Part shown: positions 26,076-35,412 of the stretch, in pieces | Layout: every line of letters begins with the position of its first letter | Position numbering within the stretch: the first letter of the stretch is position 1 | Source: a virus | Lineage: Duplodnaviria > Caudoviricetes | IMG/VR virus record: IMGVR_UViG_3300028485_000001 | Location: 21,360 to 85,359 of that record | Length of the DNA stretch: 64,000 nucleotides | Direction: 5' to 3' (one strand) | Notes under the pieces: generated by a model | Databases searched by the model: none | Told to the model about the DNA's origin: nothing | What the model saw: the letters and a program-made list of their open reading frames with translations, nothing else | Position numbers and translations under genes: made by a program

Positions 26076-29000
26076 CGGCGTACCTCCCGCCCTTGCTGAT
26101 GACCCGGATCTCGTGGGTCATGGTGTCCGCCATCTCGCGGATGCCGTCGTCAGCGGAGTGCAGGTGGAAGGACTGGCTGCCGACGAGAGGAGAAGCAGGA
26201 GTGCTGCCGCCCGCCTGTGTCGTGGCCTTGCCTGCGGTGGCGAGCATCCGCGCTGACTCGGCGTTGGAGTAGACGCGCGCCGGGTCGTCGAAGCGGGCGA
26301 GTTCAGGTCCGCGTTCGCCGACGACCGCCCACCCGGAGGCGACACCTCCGTCCGCGTATCCGGCGATGTCCCGGATCTGCCGCACCAAGGGCGACATCCC
26401 GGACCGTTCGTCCTGTTCGCGGTCCTGTCGGACGATGTCCGCGATGGACACCAGCCCGCCGGAAGCGAAACCCGCCGCACCCCAGTTCGGGCGGAAGATG
26501 GCACCGCCGAAGTACGGGGCGGCGGTGACGTTGTTGCTCTGGTTCCCGCCGATGCGCCGACCGCCACCGGGTGTGGCGATGAGGTTGACGTGGTCGGTTC
26601 CGTACACGGCGACGTCGCCGGGCATGGGCGAGTTGGTGCGCGGCATCCCGGACGTGTAGTAGTCGCCAGTCCACGCTGTGCGAGCAGCACCACCCAATGC
26701 CCGGGATGATCCTGTTTGGGCGAAAAGCCAGGAAATGAACATTGCACACCAAGCGGCACCGTTCATCCCGTACCATCCGGTGATGGCGTTCCGGTTGTTG
26801 CCGTTCGACTCCGGATAGCGGCCGATGGACGCCTCAGCAAGCGCGACCACACCCCGCGGACCCCGCGAAGAGTTCTTGTAGTCGTCGGCCATCTTGTCGC
26901 CGATGTTGCTGATCAGGCTGTTGACGAGGATGTTCCACTCAGGTCGAACATCACGCCTGTGGTCATCGACGATGTCCCACGGGTCGGCCCCCGACCCCCG
27001 GGAGGACCTGCTGACTCGTCCTCCCGTCGCGAATCCGGGCAGGTCGCGCTTGTCGATGCGCTTCTGCCTCAGGGCCTCGAAGAAACCGCCGCCGTAGTGG
27101 TCCACGACGTGCGTTGGCTCGACAAACTCACCGTCGGAGAGCATCGCGGGGATGCTGTCGGACGTCGCGGTTCCTGGCCCGAAGACGGCGCCACCCTCGG
27201 CGTAGAACGCGGGCGCACCACCGCGCGGGGAGGTGTGCGACGAGTTCTGTGTCGGGGTGGTCGTCCACGTGCCGTTCGCGGCGACCCGGATGGCGGTCTG
27301 CACCGACGACGGGATGCCGAGGTACTCGTCAGCGAGGTCCTCGGCCTCGTTCGCGGTGAGGCCCATCTGTCGGGCGACCCGGACGAATTCCTCGCGCCCG
27401 CGCGCCGCCGTGGCGGTCTGCTCCTGGATGCTCTCGCCGTTGAGCCTCGTGGCTTCGGTGTTCGCGATGGTGGTGTCGCGGATCTGGCGCAGAACCGATT
27501 CGTTGGCGCGGCCCTGTTCGGTGTTCAGGTCGAGCGTCGCTCCGTTGGTGGCGATGCTGGCCGTGGCTGCGTCGATGGCGGCTTGGAAGTTCGACTCGGC
27601 TTCCACGGCGGACACGTGCGCACCCGTGAGGGCGTCCAAGGCGGTCTTCAGATCTCTGGCTTGGAACGCGCCTTCGGCCATCGCCGTGTTGACGGCTTCC
27701 TGCTGGGCGGCAGTCTCGCCCATCGCCTCGGTCTGGCGGCGGTACGACTCACCCGCCCCATCGACCGCGTTGGCCTCGTCGGTGATGGCGTCCCGCAGCT
27801 CCATGAGCTGAGTCACGGACCCCGACCACTGCTGGTGGGTGATCTCGCCCGCGTCATAGGCGGCGTCGAGGGAGGCGATCTGACTGTCAATCGCCCCGGT
27901 GACCTCTTCGTAGGCGCCGCCCTGCCGGAGGACAGCGTCGGTGACCTTGTCGGTCGAGAAGCCCAGTCGCTCAGCGAGCTGCAGGGCTTCGTCCTCCTCC
28001 AGATTCTTGACGGCGAGTGCTCGCGCTGATTCGCCGAGGGCCCCGGCGTCGGCCTGGATGGCGGCGGTGTACGCCTCGGTCTCTTGGCGTGCGCGGGCCT
28101 TCGCGGTCGCGAAAGCTCCGAGCGCGATCACGCCCGCGGCGATGGCGATGCCCCACGGGCCTCCGAGAGCACCGACCGCACCGGACAGCGCACCGGAGAA
28201 GCGTGAGGTGCCGGTGGCTGCGGTGGTGGCGTTGGTGCCGACGGTGGACAGGCTGGACGTGTACTCGCGGATGTGTCCCGGGAGTTCGCGCATGGGCTGG
28301 ATGAGCCCGGTGTTGACCCGCCCGAACAGGCTGAATGCGACCTGCGCGGTCTTGGCTGCGATGGCAGCCTGAAGCAGCCACGGGGCTGTCTCGGCGACCA
28401 TGGAGATCGCTTCCGCGAAGACGGTGAGGCCCTGCGCGTAGATGGTGCCGAGCGGGCCGATGGCTACGCCCACGTCGATGGCGGCTCCGGCGATGGCCCC
28501 GAACATGGTCGTGAAGGTTGGACCGTTCTGGATGGTCCAGGCAATGAAGTCGGTGAAGTTCTCGCTCTCGTGGCCCCATGTGGCGAAGCGCGCGGTGGAT
28601 CGCTCAAGGCCGGGGGCGACGACGGTCCACAGCGGCTCCATGTTCATGACGAGGCCAGCGAGCCCGGACGTGAGGTTGCCGATGGAGCGGCCGAAGGTGA
28701 TGGTGCTGGGGTTGGCCTGACGGGAGACGAAGCTGAAGAAGCTCGTCCACCGGTCGTTCCCGAGGGCTTCGCGGGCTTCGTCGCCGAGGGTGTTGAGGGC
28801 CGACGCGGTACGGTTCGTCGCGGGGGTCAAGGCCCGCAAGCCCACGTTGGCGACGTCGAGACCGCTGGCGGCAGCCTGAAGGACAGGCCGGTCCGTCTCC
28901 GCGCGGAACTGGCGCCACGACGCGGTGAGTCCGCCCATGGAGTCCTGGAACGAGCGCTGTCCGATGGTGAGGTCACCGGTCGCAGCGTTGGCTTCGCGGA

Positions 29001-29574
29001 TCGCGGGGATCGCTGCGAGAGCGAAACCGGCCGCGCCCACACCAGCCGCAACGAAGCCGGACGCGACCGCGCCCAACCCCCCGGCGAGCGCACCCGCAGC
29101 GGGCACGAGCGGGGGGATGAGCGTCCAGATAGCGGCCTGCTCGGCGGGGGACATGTCCGAGAACGGCTGCTGGCCACCCCTGGAGCCACCGCCGCGTCCG
29201 CCCCCGCCCGACGCGGGGGCTTTCGGGGCCGTGGGGGTCTTCGGGGTAGCGGCGGAGATGGGGCCGCCGCCGCTGGTGGCGACGCGCATGTTGATGACGC
29301 GCCCGTCGAGCCTGTCCGCCGCCTTCTCGGCACGAACCAGGGAGGCAAGCGCGGTGCGGGTGTCCGCTGACACGGTGATGCGCGGGGTGCGGCGGCCGAG
29401 GTTGTCGACCTGGCGGCGGAAGGAGTCGAGCTCGGCCTTGGCCTTCGCGCTGTCGAGCCCGACGGGGATGTCCATGCCCCGGCTGGCGTGCTTCTGGAGT
29501 TCGGCGCGCAGCCGGGGTCCGAAGCGCTTGAGGTCGGGCAGGACGTCGACCCACACTGATCCGGCGTCGGGCAT
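26068..29574 (-). CDS. Tape measure protein with C-terminal CHAP-like domain
   Basis: 1168 aa Ala/Gly-rich; GPGTATSDSIPAMLSDGEFV; WCAMFISW...PGD...HV...GGNQ. Confidence 0.9.
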   Translation of the reverse strand: MPDAGSVWVDVLPDLKRFGPRLRAELQKHASRGMDIPVGLDSAKAKAELDSFRRQVDNLGRRTPRITVSADTRTALASLVRAEKAADRLDGRVINMRVATSGGGPISAATPKTPTAPKAPASGGGGRGGGSRGGQQPFSDMSPAEQAAIWTLIPPLVPAAGALAGGLGAVASGFVAAGVGAAGFALAAIPAIREANAATGDLTIGQRSFQDSMGGLTASWRQFRAETDRPVLQAAASGLDVANVGLRALTPATNRTASALNTLGDEAREALGNDRWTSFFSFVSRQANPSTITFGRSIGNLTSGLAGLVMNMEPLWTVVAPGLERSTARFATWGHESENFTDFIAWTIQNGPTFTTMFGAIAGAAIDVGVAIGPLGTIYAQGLTVFAEAISMVAETAPWLLQAAIAAKTAQVAFSLFGRVNTGLIQPMRELPGHIREYTSSLSTVGTNATTAATGTSRFSGALSGAVGALGGPWGIAIAAGVIALGAFATAKARARQETEAYTAAIQADAGALGESARALAVKNLEEDEALQLAERLGFSTDKVTDAVLRQGGAYEEVTGAIDSQIASLDAAYDAGEITHQQWSGSVTQLMELRDAITDEANAVDGAGESYRRQTEAMGETAAQQEAVNTAMAEGAFQARDLKTALDALTGAHVSAVEAESNFQAAIDAATASIATNGATLDLNTEQGRANESVLRQIRDTTIANTEATRLNGESIQEQTATAARGREEFVRVARQMGLTANEAEDLADEYLGIPSSVQTAIRVAANGTWTTTPTQNSSHTSPRGGAPAFYAEGGAVFGPGTATSDSIPAMLSDGEFVEPTHVVDHYGGGFFEALRQKRIDKRDLPGFATGGRVSRSSRGSGADPWDIVDDHRRDVRPEWNILVNSLISNIGDKMADDYKNSSRGPRGVVALAEASIGRYPESNGNNRNAITGWYGMNGAAWCAMFISWLFAQTGSSRALGGAARTAWTGDYYTSGMPRTNSPMPGDVAVYGTDHVNLIATPGGGRRIGGNQSNNVTAAPYFGGAIFRPNWGAAGFASGGLVSIADIVRQDREQDERSGMSPLVRQIRDIAGYADGGVASGWAVVGERGPELARFDDPARVYSNAESARMLATAGKATTQAGGSTPASPLVGSQSFHLHSADDGIREMADTMTHEIRVISKGGRYADG

Positions 29575-29586
29575 GGCGACACCCCC

Positions 29587-30042
29587 TTACTCGGCTGGTG
29601 GTGTCTTGACCAACTTCAGGTGCCGCTTCGGTGGCGCGAACCGCTCCAGGTATGCCTGTTTGCGCGGGTCAGGGCGACGCGACTGCCGCTCCTGTGCCTT
29701 CTCGCCCTTCGCGACGGGCACCGGGTACGGGTTGATGTCGGGGGGTTCGCCTTTGAGGCGTTCACCGACCCACATGACCCGCATGAGCGCCTGGATGCGC
29801 GAGTCGAGCAACGCGAGCTGGTCGTTGGTCTCCGACCATGGCCGTCCCGGGTCGCGCCCGGTGAGGGCCGCCCGCGTGCGAGGCATGCGCGCCAGGTCGT
29901 GGATGACGAGAAGGACCATGCGGCGCATGGTGATCCTCCCGGCGTAGAAGTCGACCAGGTCGACGGGGTTCGGGCGGTCGAGGAGGTCGAGCTCAACCTC
30001 GCGCGGGTGCTCCTCTAGGACGGCGAGGAGCTGCTGCCTTCC
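29587..30042 (-). CDS. Tail assembly chaperone, -1 frame extension (gpT part)
   Basis: The -1 frame is open from the slippery site to 29587: RQQLLAVLEEHPREVELDLL... Confidence 0.7.
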   Translation of the reverse strand, partial: GRQQLLAVLEEHPREVELDLLDRPNPVDLVDFYAGRITMRRMVLLVIHDLARMPRTRAALTGRDPGRPWSETNDQLALLDSRIQALMRVMWVGERLKGEPPDINPYPVPVAKGEKAQERQSRRPDPRKQAYLERFAPPKRHLKLVKTPPAE

Positions 30043-30386
30043 CCCCGGGTGGCCCCAGCCATGTCGTCGAAGTACTGGATGACGCGCCCGATTTCACGGC
30101 TGCTGCGGTCGAGGAAGTCGTTGAGCTGCTTCGGGTCCGCGAGTGCGCCGCTCATCCACGTCTCGATGTCACCGATGGCGAACGCCTTGTTCGCCGAGTA
30201 CGGCCACTCCGCGAGCGGCTTGAACGTGAACGTCGCGTCGTCGGCCATGACGAACGTGGCGTCCTGCTCCATCGCTTCGGACACCTGCGCGGCCTTGTTG
30301 TCAGGCAGGTCGGCGACAGCGATCGCGTTCGGTGCGGGCGCGGCCACGGTGGGCTTCTTCGCGGCGGGCTTTCGGGCAGCGGTCAT
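30015..30386 (-). CDS. Tail assembly chaperone (gpG)
   Basis: Between major tail and tape measure genes; ends ATRGEGSSSSPS. Confidence 0.75.
   Translation of the reverse strand: MTAARKPAAKKPTVAAPAPNAIAVADLPDNKAAQVSEAMEQDATFVMADDATFTFKPLAEWPYSANKAFAIGDIETWMSGALADPKQLNDFLDRSSREIGRVIQYFDDMAGATRGEGSSSSPS
30039..30045 (-). other. Programmed -1 frameshift site GGGGGAA
   Basis: Zero-frame CGG GGG GAA near the gpG end; the -1 frame joins the downstream ORF. Confidence 0.7.
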
Positions 30387-30470
30387 GGCGGTCTCCTCGT
30401 GTTCACGCAGGTTTGCGCAGGTGGTTGTGGGTGGATGGGCGCACCTGCGCGGACGCCCACCCACCGGTCT

Positions 30471-31289
30471 CTAGGCGGTGACGGTCACCGCGAGGGTGTC
30501 GGCCACACCTCGGTACGACGCGGTGATGGTCGCGGACCCGGCGCCGACGCCGGTGACGGTGCCGTCGGCGTCGACGGTGGCGATGAGGGGCGCGGAGGTG
30601 TCCCATTCGGCGGTCGCACTGACGTCGTCGGTGGTCTCGTTGTAGAAGGTCGCCTCGGCGGTGAGCTGCGTGGTCGCGGACACGGCGACGGTCGCGGTGC
30701 CCTCGACAGCGAGGGACTCCACTGGGAGCCACATGCCGTCACTGAGGAAGTACCTGTTGAACATGAGGCCGTCCGACGCCTCGTACACGGTCCACGTCAG
30801 ACCCGATGCGGTCACGTTCTCCGCGTTCTTGGACCGCTCGGCGCGGGTCGTGACCTCCGCGATGGCGGCGACGGTGCGCTCGTGGTTGACCCCGTCGAAG
30901 GTGTCCACGGCGAGCATGTACTTGCGCTGGCCGGTGGGCCGGTACACGGGGTAGGTGAGGATGCCGCCGGGCAGTTCCTCCATCGCACTGAGGTCGATGT
31001 TGTCGTACAGGGCCTGCGTGTACGGGTTGACCTCCCACATGGGGGTCGTGAAGGTCTTCGTCACCCCGGTGATGTCGGTGCGCACGGGGCTCTTGTAGCC
31101 CAGCGGGCGCTTCTCGTTGCGCTCTTCCTCATACGCCTCGGTGAGCCCTGCGGGGTCGATGGCTCCGAGGTCCCACCACTCGGGGCCGAAAGCGTCGAGG
31201 CCCTCCGGGAGCGCGCTGCCGAGCGGCGCCACGTAGCACTTACCGCCGTCAGTTCCGTAGGCCCTGATGGCATTGACGTTGTCCGCCAT
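30471..31289 (-). CDS. Major tail protein with C-terminal Ig-like domain
   Basis: WDLGAIDPAGLTE; C-terminal TTQLTAEAT...WDTSAPLIATVDADGTVTGV..G.ATITA. Confidence 0.85.
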   Translation of the reverse strand: MADNVNAIRAYGTDGGKCYVAPLGSALPEGLDAFGPEWWDLGAIDPAGLTEAYEEERNEKRPLGYKSPVRTDITGVTKTFTTPMWEVNPYTQALYDNIDLSAMEELPGGILTYPVYRPTGQRKYMLAVDTFDGVNHERTVAAIAEVTTRAERSKNAENVTASGLTWTVYEASDGLMFNRYFLSDGMWLPVESLAVEGTATVAVSATTQLTAEATFYNETTDDVSATAEWDTSAPLIATVDADGTVTGVGAGSATITASYRGVADTLAVTVTA

Positions 31290-31371
31290 GTCCCCTCCTG
31301 GGGTGGTCAGCCCTGGTGCGGGCATGGGAAAACCCCGGCACCAGAAGGCGTCGGGGCTGGGTGTGTTCGGG

Positions 31372-31830
31372 TCAGGTGACCCGGAAGGGGCGCAGGTACA
31401 GCTCGCCGGTGAAGGCCAAGCCGATGAGGTTGGTGTTGTCGTCGCGGAACGGGGAGGGGTTGGACTGGTTGCGGACGCATCCGATGGTGGCCGGACCGCC
31501 CGGTGTGTACGTGGTCGGAGGCAGGGTGATGGTCTGCCCGGTCATGGCGGCGAAGTGGGCGCTGACGTGTCCGGCGAGGTCGATCGCTCCCGGTCTCCCG
31601 GTGGGCTCGTCCACGCGGATGATGCACTGGATGCGGGCGATGTCGTGCACCCTGCGGTCAGCGGGCGGTGACGGGAGGCGCACGAACTGCACGATGGGCA
31701 GCAGCCCGGCGAACGAGTCGGGTTCGGGGAGTTCGGAGCACACCATGCCGACGGCGTCGCCGAGGCGCTGGCGGTGCCAGGTGATCGCGACGAGTTCAGC
31801 GTCCGGGTAGAGGATGACGGGCAGGGCCAC
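31372..31830 (-). CDS. Tail terminator-like protein
   Basis: YPDAEL...LPIVQFVRLP; neck position. Confidence 0.65.
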   Translation of the reverse strand: MALPVILYPDAELVAITWHRQRLGDAVGMVCSELPEPDSFAGLLPIVQFVRLPSPPADRRVHDIARIQCIIRVDEPTGRPGAIDLAGHVSAHFAAMTGQTITLPPTTYTPGGPATIGCVRNQSNPSPFRDDNTNLIGLAFTGELYLRPFRVT

Positions 31831-31838
31831 GATGCCCC

Positions 31839-32114
31839 CTACTGGCGCTTGGGTGGCCGCCAGGACGACGGCGGGGCCTTGCTGTCGAGGTAGGAGGCGA
31901 CGCGTTCCTTCTCCTCCTCAGGGACGCGGGGCGCGTTCGAGTCCACGACCTCCACGACGCTGGCGAGGATGGTCACGTTGATCCCGGCCGGGTAGCCCGG
32001 CGCGGACATGGTCCGGATGCCGTCGTCCACGGCGATCGCCAGCGGCTTGCCGTCGAGGGTGACTCGCTGCTCTTCGCCGTAGCGTTCCACCCGGATGACG
32101 GGAAGGTCAGGCAT
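31839..32114 (-). CDS. Hypothetical protein in the neck region
   Basis: ATG overlaps the upstream gene end. Confidence 0.5.
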   Translation of the reverse strand: MPDLPVIRVERYGEEQRVTLDGKPLAIAVDDGIRTMSAPGYPAGINVTILASVVEVVDSNAPRVPEEEKERVASYLDSKAPPSSWRPPKRQ

Positions 32115-32373
32115 CGGCGTCCTTTTCCGTCTTCGCGGGCGTGGGCCGCTTCGGGAGTGGCTTCGGAGCCTCCTGCTTCGGGGCGGGCTTGGCCTTGGGC
32201 TTCGCGGCCTCAGCGATCTTCACGGCCTCAGCGGGATCGACCTTGACGATCTTGCCCTTGCCGTCAGCGACGATCCCCGCCGCTTCCGTGCTGGACACGT
32301 ACACGGTCTCTCCCTGGACGCGCTTGGTGCCGTCGGGGGCCTTGTGCGGGTAGCCGATTCGGACGTGCGGCAT
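32107..32373 (-). CDS. Small virion-region protein with Lys/Pro tail
   Basis: GAGGAG RBS; MPHVRIGYPH... Confidence 0.55.
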   Translation of the reverse strand: MPHVRIGYPHKAPDGTKRVQGETVYVSSTEAAGIVADGKGKIVKVDPAEAVKIAEAAKPKAKPAPKQEAPKPLPKRPTPAKTEKDADA

Positions 32374-32381
32374 GGTTCTCC

Positions 32382-32780
32382 TCAGGTGTGTGTGGTGCCG
32401 CGCGCCGCCAACTCCAGCGCCTCGGCGAGGTTGTTCGTGGGGGCCGTACCGGGGTGCATCACTGAATGCACAGGGTGAGCAGTCCCGGGCCACCAGAGCG
32501 CCTTCTTATTGCGGGGCGTACCGGGCTTAGGGATTTGGTGCGGACGCGTGCCATCTTCAATCCACCACGACTTGCGGTCGCGTGCGATGACCCGCCACCC
32601 GTGAGGCTGGAGGCGTTCTGTGTCGATCGAAGACACGTAGTCGCCGGTGTCGATGGGGCCACGGCCGCGCGCCATCGCCTGCACACGGCGGGCACGGTCA
32701 CGGATGTCGTCGTCCACGGGACCCCACGAGCCCAAACGGTTGATGGTCGCCTGGTTGAGCTGGACGCGTCCCACGGTCAC
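32382..32780 (-). CDS. HK97 gp10-like neck protein
   Basis: PIDTGDY, WIEDGTRPH, HPGT. Confidence 0.75.
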   Translation of the reverse strand: MTVGRVQLNQATINRLGSWGPVDDDIRDRARRVQAMARGRGPIDTGDYVSSIDTERLQPHGWRVIARDRKSWWIEDGTRPHQIPKPGTPRNKKALWWPGTAHPVHSVMHPGTAPTNNLAEALELAARGTTHT

Positions 32781-33181
32781 CCCTCGATCCAGTCAGCCTT
32801 GAGGATCTTGTGACCCAATCCGCCCTCATCTGGAAGGACGAACGGATCGCCGTTGACCTGCCAAATCTGGTCAATGCCTTCACGAGCCGGGCGGATGGGA
32901 GGAACGATTTCCACGCCGTCAGTGGCCGTCACGTCCACATCGGGATCGTCTAGCAGCACTTGGACGGACTGTGAGCGCTGCTCTCTGCCGCCCCGCCTGT
33001 CCTCCTTAGTGGCTAGCGAAGCACCCAGCGTGGCGGAGTCCGGTTGTGCACAGGCGTCGAACGGGCCCGTGCGGACCGCGTTCTTCCAATCCTTGGTGCT
33101 GCGCGACCGGTTCCCGTGCGCGTCCTCCACGATCGGCGGACGCAGCACCCACACCTGGTGCGTGATGATCGGCAGGGCCAC
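32777..33181 (-). CDS. Head-closure (stopper) protein
   Basis: PIVEDAHGN..DW, CAQP, WQVNGDP; position. Confidence 0.6.
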   Translation of the reverse strand: MALPIITHQVWVLRPPIVEDAHGNRSRSTKDWKNAVRTGPFDACAQPDSATLGASLATKEDRRGGREQRSQSVQVLLDDPDVDVTATDGVEIVPPIRPAREGIDQIWQVNGDPFVLPDEGGLGHKILKADWIEG

Positions 33182-33182
33182 G

Positions 33183-33584
33183 TCACACCACCCGAGGATG
33201 CGCGGGGATCAGACCCTCCACACGGAGGATGGACACGGCCTGCGACGAGTACGTCTCCTCCACGACCGCGCCTGTGGTCGGCGAGGTTGCGTAGGTCTTG
33301 GACACCTTGTCGACCTTGACCGACGCGAGCTTCCCGCCGGGCTCAGCAGGCGTGTTCGACCCCTTGGGCTTGAACTGCGCCTGCGCGCAGACCGCGTCCC
33401 GCAGGGCGTCGATGACCTTCTGCTCAGTGGGCCTGCCGTTGCCGTCGACCGCGTACACGGCACCGATCAGCAGACCGTCGATGGAGAGAGAGGCGTCCCG
33501 CAGCGCCACAGTCGCACCCGCGGGCGGGTCGACCACGCCGAGCCAGTCGGCGAGCTCGGCCGGGGTTGCGTACACGGGAGCCAC
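33183..33584 (-). CDS. Head-tail adaptor
   Basis: YATPAELADWL...ASLSID...DAVCAQA. Confidence 0.75.
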   Translation of the reverse strand: MAPVYATPAELADWLGVVDPPAGATVALRDASLSIDGLLIGAVYAVDGNGRPTEQKVIDALRDAVCAQAQFKPKGSNTPAEPGGKLASVKVDKVSKTYATSPTTGAVVEETYSSQAVSILRVEGLIPAHPRVV

Positions 33585-33594
33585 GGGACACCTC

Positions 33595-34164
33595 CTACTC
33601 GTCGTCGGCCAGGGCGACCAGCTCGGCCTTGGTGAGATCAGCGGCTTCGGCTTCGGACAGGTCCGTGGTCTGAGCGATGTAGGTGACCCACGTGGCCTTG
33701 TCGTCGGCCTTGCCGGGGCGCTTCGGGGCAGGCTCGGAGGGCCCCTGGGAGACTTCGGTGTCGCCCTCTATGGCAGCCGGCTCTTGGCTAGCGTCACCCT
33801 GGCCGGAGGCTTCGGTCACCTTGGAGCCCTGCTCCTCTTCGACCTCATGGGGGGCTTCCTCGGCGGCAGCCTCTCGGTTGACCTCGTGCTCCGTGGCCTT
33901 GTCCACCAGATCCTGGTGAGTCAGCCCCTCCGCGACCTCCGGATCAAGACCCAGAACCCGCGAGGCGTAACCCACCCACTCCGCACGGGACGCGCCGTCG
34001 GCGGGGCGCTCCGGGGCGGAATCCCCGTAAAGAGACCCGTCTTCGTTGACGCGGAGCACGTGCCCCTTGACCACCCTCTGCTGGATTCCCGAGGGGAGGG
34101 GCAGGTCCATCTGCCAGATGGCCCCGCCCTCCCCTCGGAACCAGCCCGTTTCGTGGGCTTCCAT
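33595..34164 (-). CDS. Head-region hypothetical protein with two short helical repeats
   Basis: AEWVGYA...LTHQDL and ATWVTY...LTKAEL repeats. Confidence 0.55.
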   Translation of the reverse strand: MEAHETGWFRGEGGAIWQMDLPLPSGIQQRVVKGHVLRVNEDGSLYGDSAPERPADGASRAEWVGYASRVLGLDPEVAEGLTHQDLVDKATEHEVNREAAAEEAPHEVEEEQGSKVTEASGQGDASQEPAAIEGDTEVSQGPSEPAPKRPGKADDKATWVTYIAQTTDLSEAEAADLTKAELVALADDE

Positions 34165-34535
34165 CAGACCGCCTTCGGTACCCGCAGGGCGGTCACGGTG
34201 CCCGACGTCGCCGAGGACGTGAACCGCAGCGTGCCGTCGCCGTGGAGGAACCGACCCGACTCGACCGGGCCGATGTAACGCACGGTCTCAGCGGCGACCG
34301 ACACAGCCAGGTCGCCCTGGCCAGCCGCGACCGCGGGCGGGTTCTCCCCGGCGAGCAGGGTGAACGTGAGCGCGACGGTCTCGTGGGTGTTCTCCACCCG
34401 CAGCACCAGCCCCTCAGGGTCAGCGCGGACGATGCGCATGTCGTTCGTCGGCGCGGCCACGAGCGTGGTGCCCGCGGGCTGCACCGTGGACCCGTTCGCG
34501 ACGAGGTTGGTGTAGGACACATCAGTGGTTGCCAT
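34164..34535 (-). CDS. Capsid decoration-like protein
   Basis: Directly after the major capsid gene; beta-rich, PPA..AGQGDL. Confidence 0.55.
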   Translation of the reverse strand: MATTDVSYTNLVANGSTVQPAGTTLVAAPTNDMRIVRADPEGLVLRVENTHETVALTFTLLAGENPPAVAAGQGDLAVSVAAETVRYIGPVESGRFLHGDGTLRFTSSATSGTVTALRVPKAV

Positions 34536-34548
34536 GGTGGGACTCCTC

Positions 34549-35385
34549 TCAGGCGGACGGGTCGAACACGACGGTGGCCAGGGCTTCGGGGCGGATGAGC
34601 TTCGCCCCGTACACGTGCAGGCCACGGACCGCGTCCGCGAACCGGGTCTGGCTGCGGAAAGCCTCGGTGTTGACGATCTGCTCAGCGAAAGTGATCGCCA
34701 TCGGGTGACCAGCGGTGATGACCCGGTGGTCCGCCGTGGGGTTCGGGGCGTTGTTGGTCTTGTGGATGCTGAAACCCGCAGCGCGACCCACGAGGCCGTT
34801 GCGCAGGGTCTCGTTCGACCCGGAGTCACCGAGGCTGGTGAAACGCGCGTCCTTCTGCAGCAGGCCGTGGAAGCCGGGGGTGGCCGTCACCCACCGCATC
34901 TCCTCGGGCACGTCGGCCTCGTCGAGCTTCACACCCAGGTCCACGAGGGTGTCGTAGGCCTCCCCGGGGGCGTCGATGACGCGGGTTCCCAGGGCGTTCG
35001 CGCTGTTCACGCCCGTGTACAGGCCCGCGATGAAGCGGTCGGAGACATCACGCAGACCGTAAGCGGCCTCCGCCATCGCCTCCGGGGTGACCACACCCCT
35101 GGCCTGCGCCTTGTCGACGTCGTCGAGGGTGAACGCCCAGTACTTCTCCTGGTCGATGGGCAGCGTCCGCTGCGCGTCGCTCAGCTCCTCGTAGGTGATG
35201 TCGGTGTTGCGCTCGTAGTCGCGGACAGTCGGGCGGGAGATCGACGTGATCCGCACGGTGTCACCCGCAGCCTGGATCTCCCCCTCGTAGTTGCGGTTGC
35301 ACAGAGATCCGTAGACGTGCGCGGTCTTCAGCGACTGCATGAGCAGCGCCGACCAGATCTCCGGGATGAACCGGGTCACGGCCAT
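34549..35385 (-). CDS. Major capsid protein (P22 coat-like)
   Basis: FIPEIWSA, NRNYEGEI..AGDTVRI, IDQEKY..F..DDVDK.Q, VRGLHVYGAK. Confidence 0.9.
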   Translation of the reverse strand: MAVTRFIPEIWSALLMQSLKTAHVYGSLCNRNYEGEIQAAGDTVRITSISRPTVRDYERNTDITYEELSDAQRTLPIDQEKYWAFTLDDVDKAQARGVVTPEAMAEAAYGLRDVSDRFIAGLYTGVNSANALGTRVIDAPGEAYDTLVDLGVKLDEADVPEEMRWVTATPGFHGLLQKDARFTSLGDSGSNETLRNGLVGRAAGFSIHKTNNAPNPTADHRVITAGHPMAITFAEQIVNTEAFRSQTRFADAVRGLHVYGAKLIRPEALATVVFDPSA

Positions 35386-35412
35386 GATGGTGGGTCCTCA
35401 CTGTTGGGAGCC

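Noticed and set aside
29960-29990. A second frameshift in the tail chaperone extension
   Set aside because: Re-reading shows CGC CCG AAC CCC GTC is continuous in the -1 frame.
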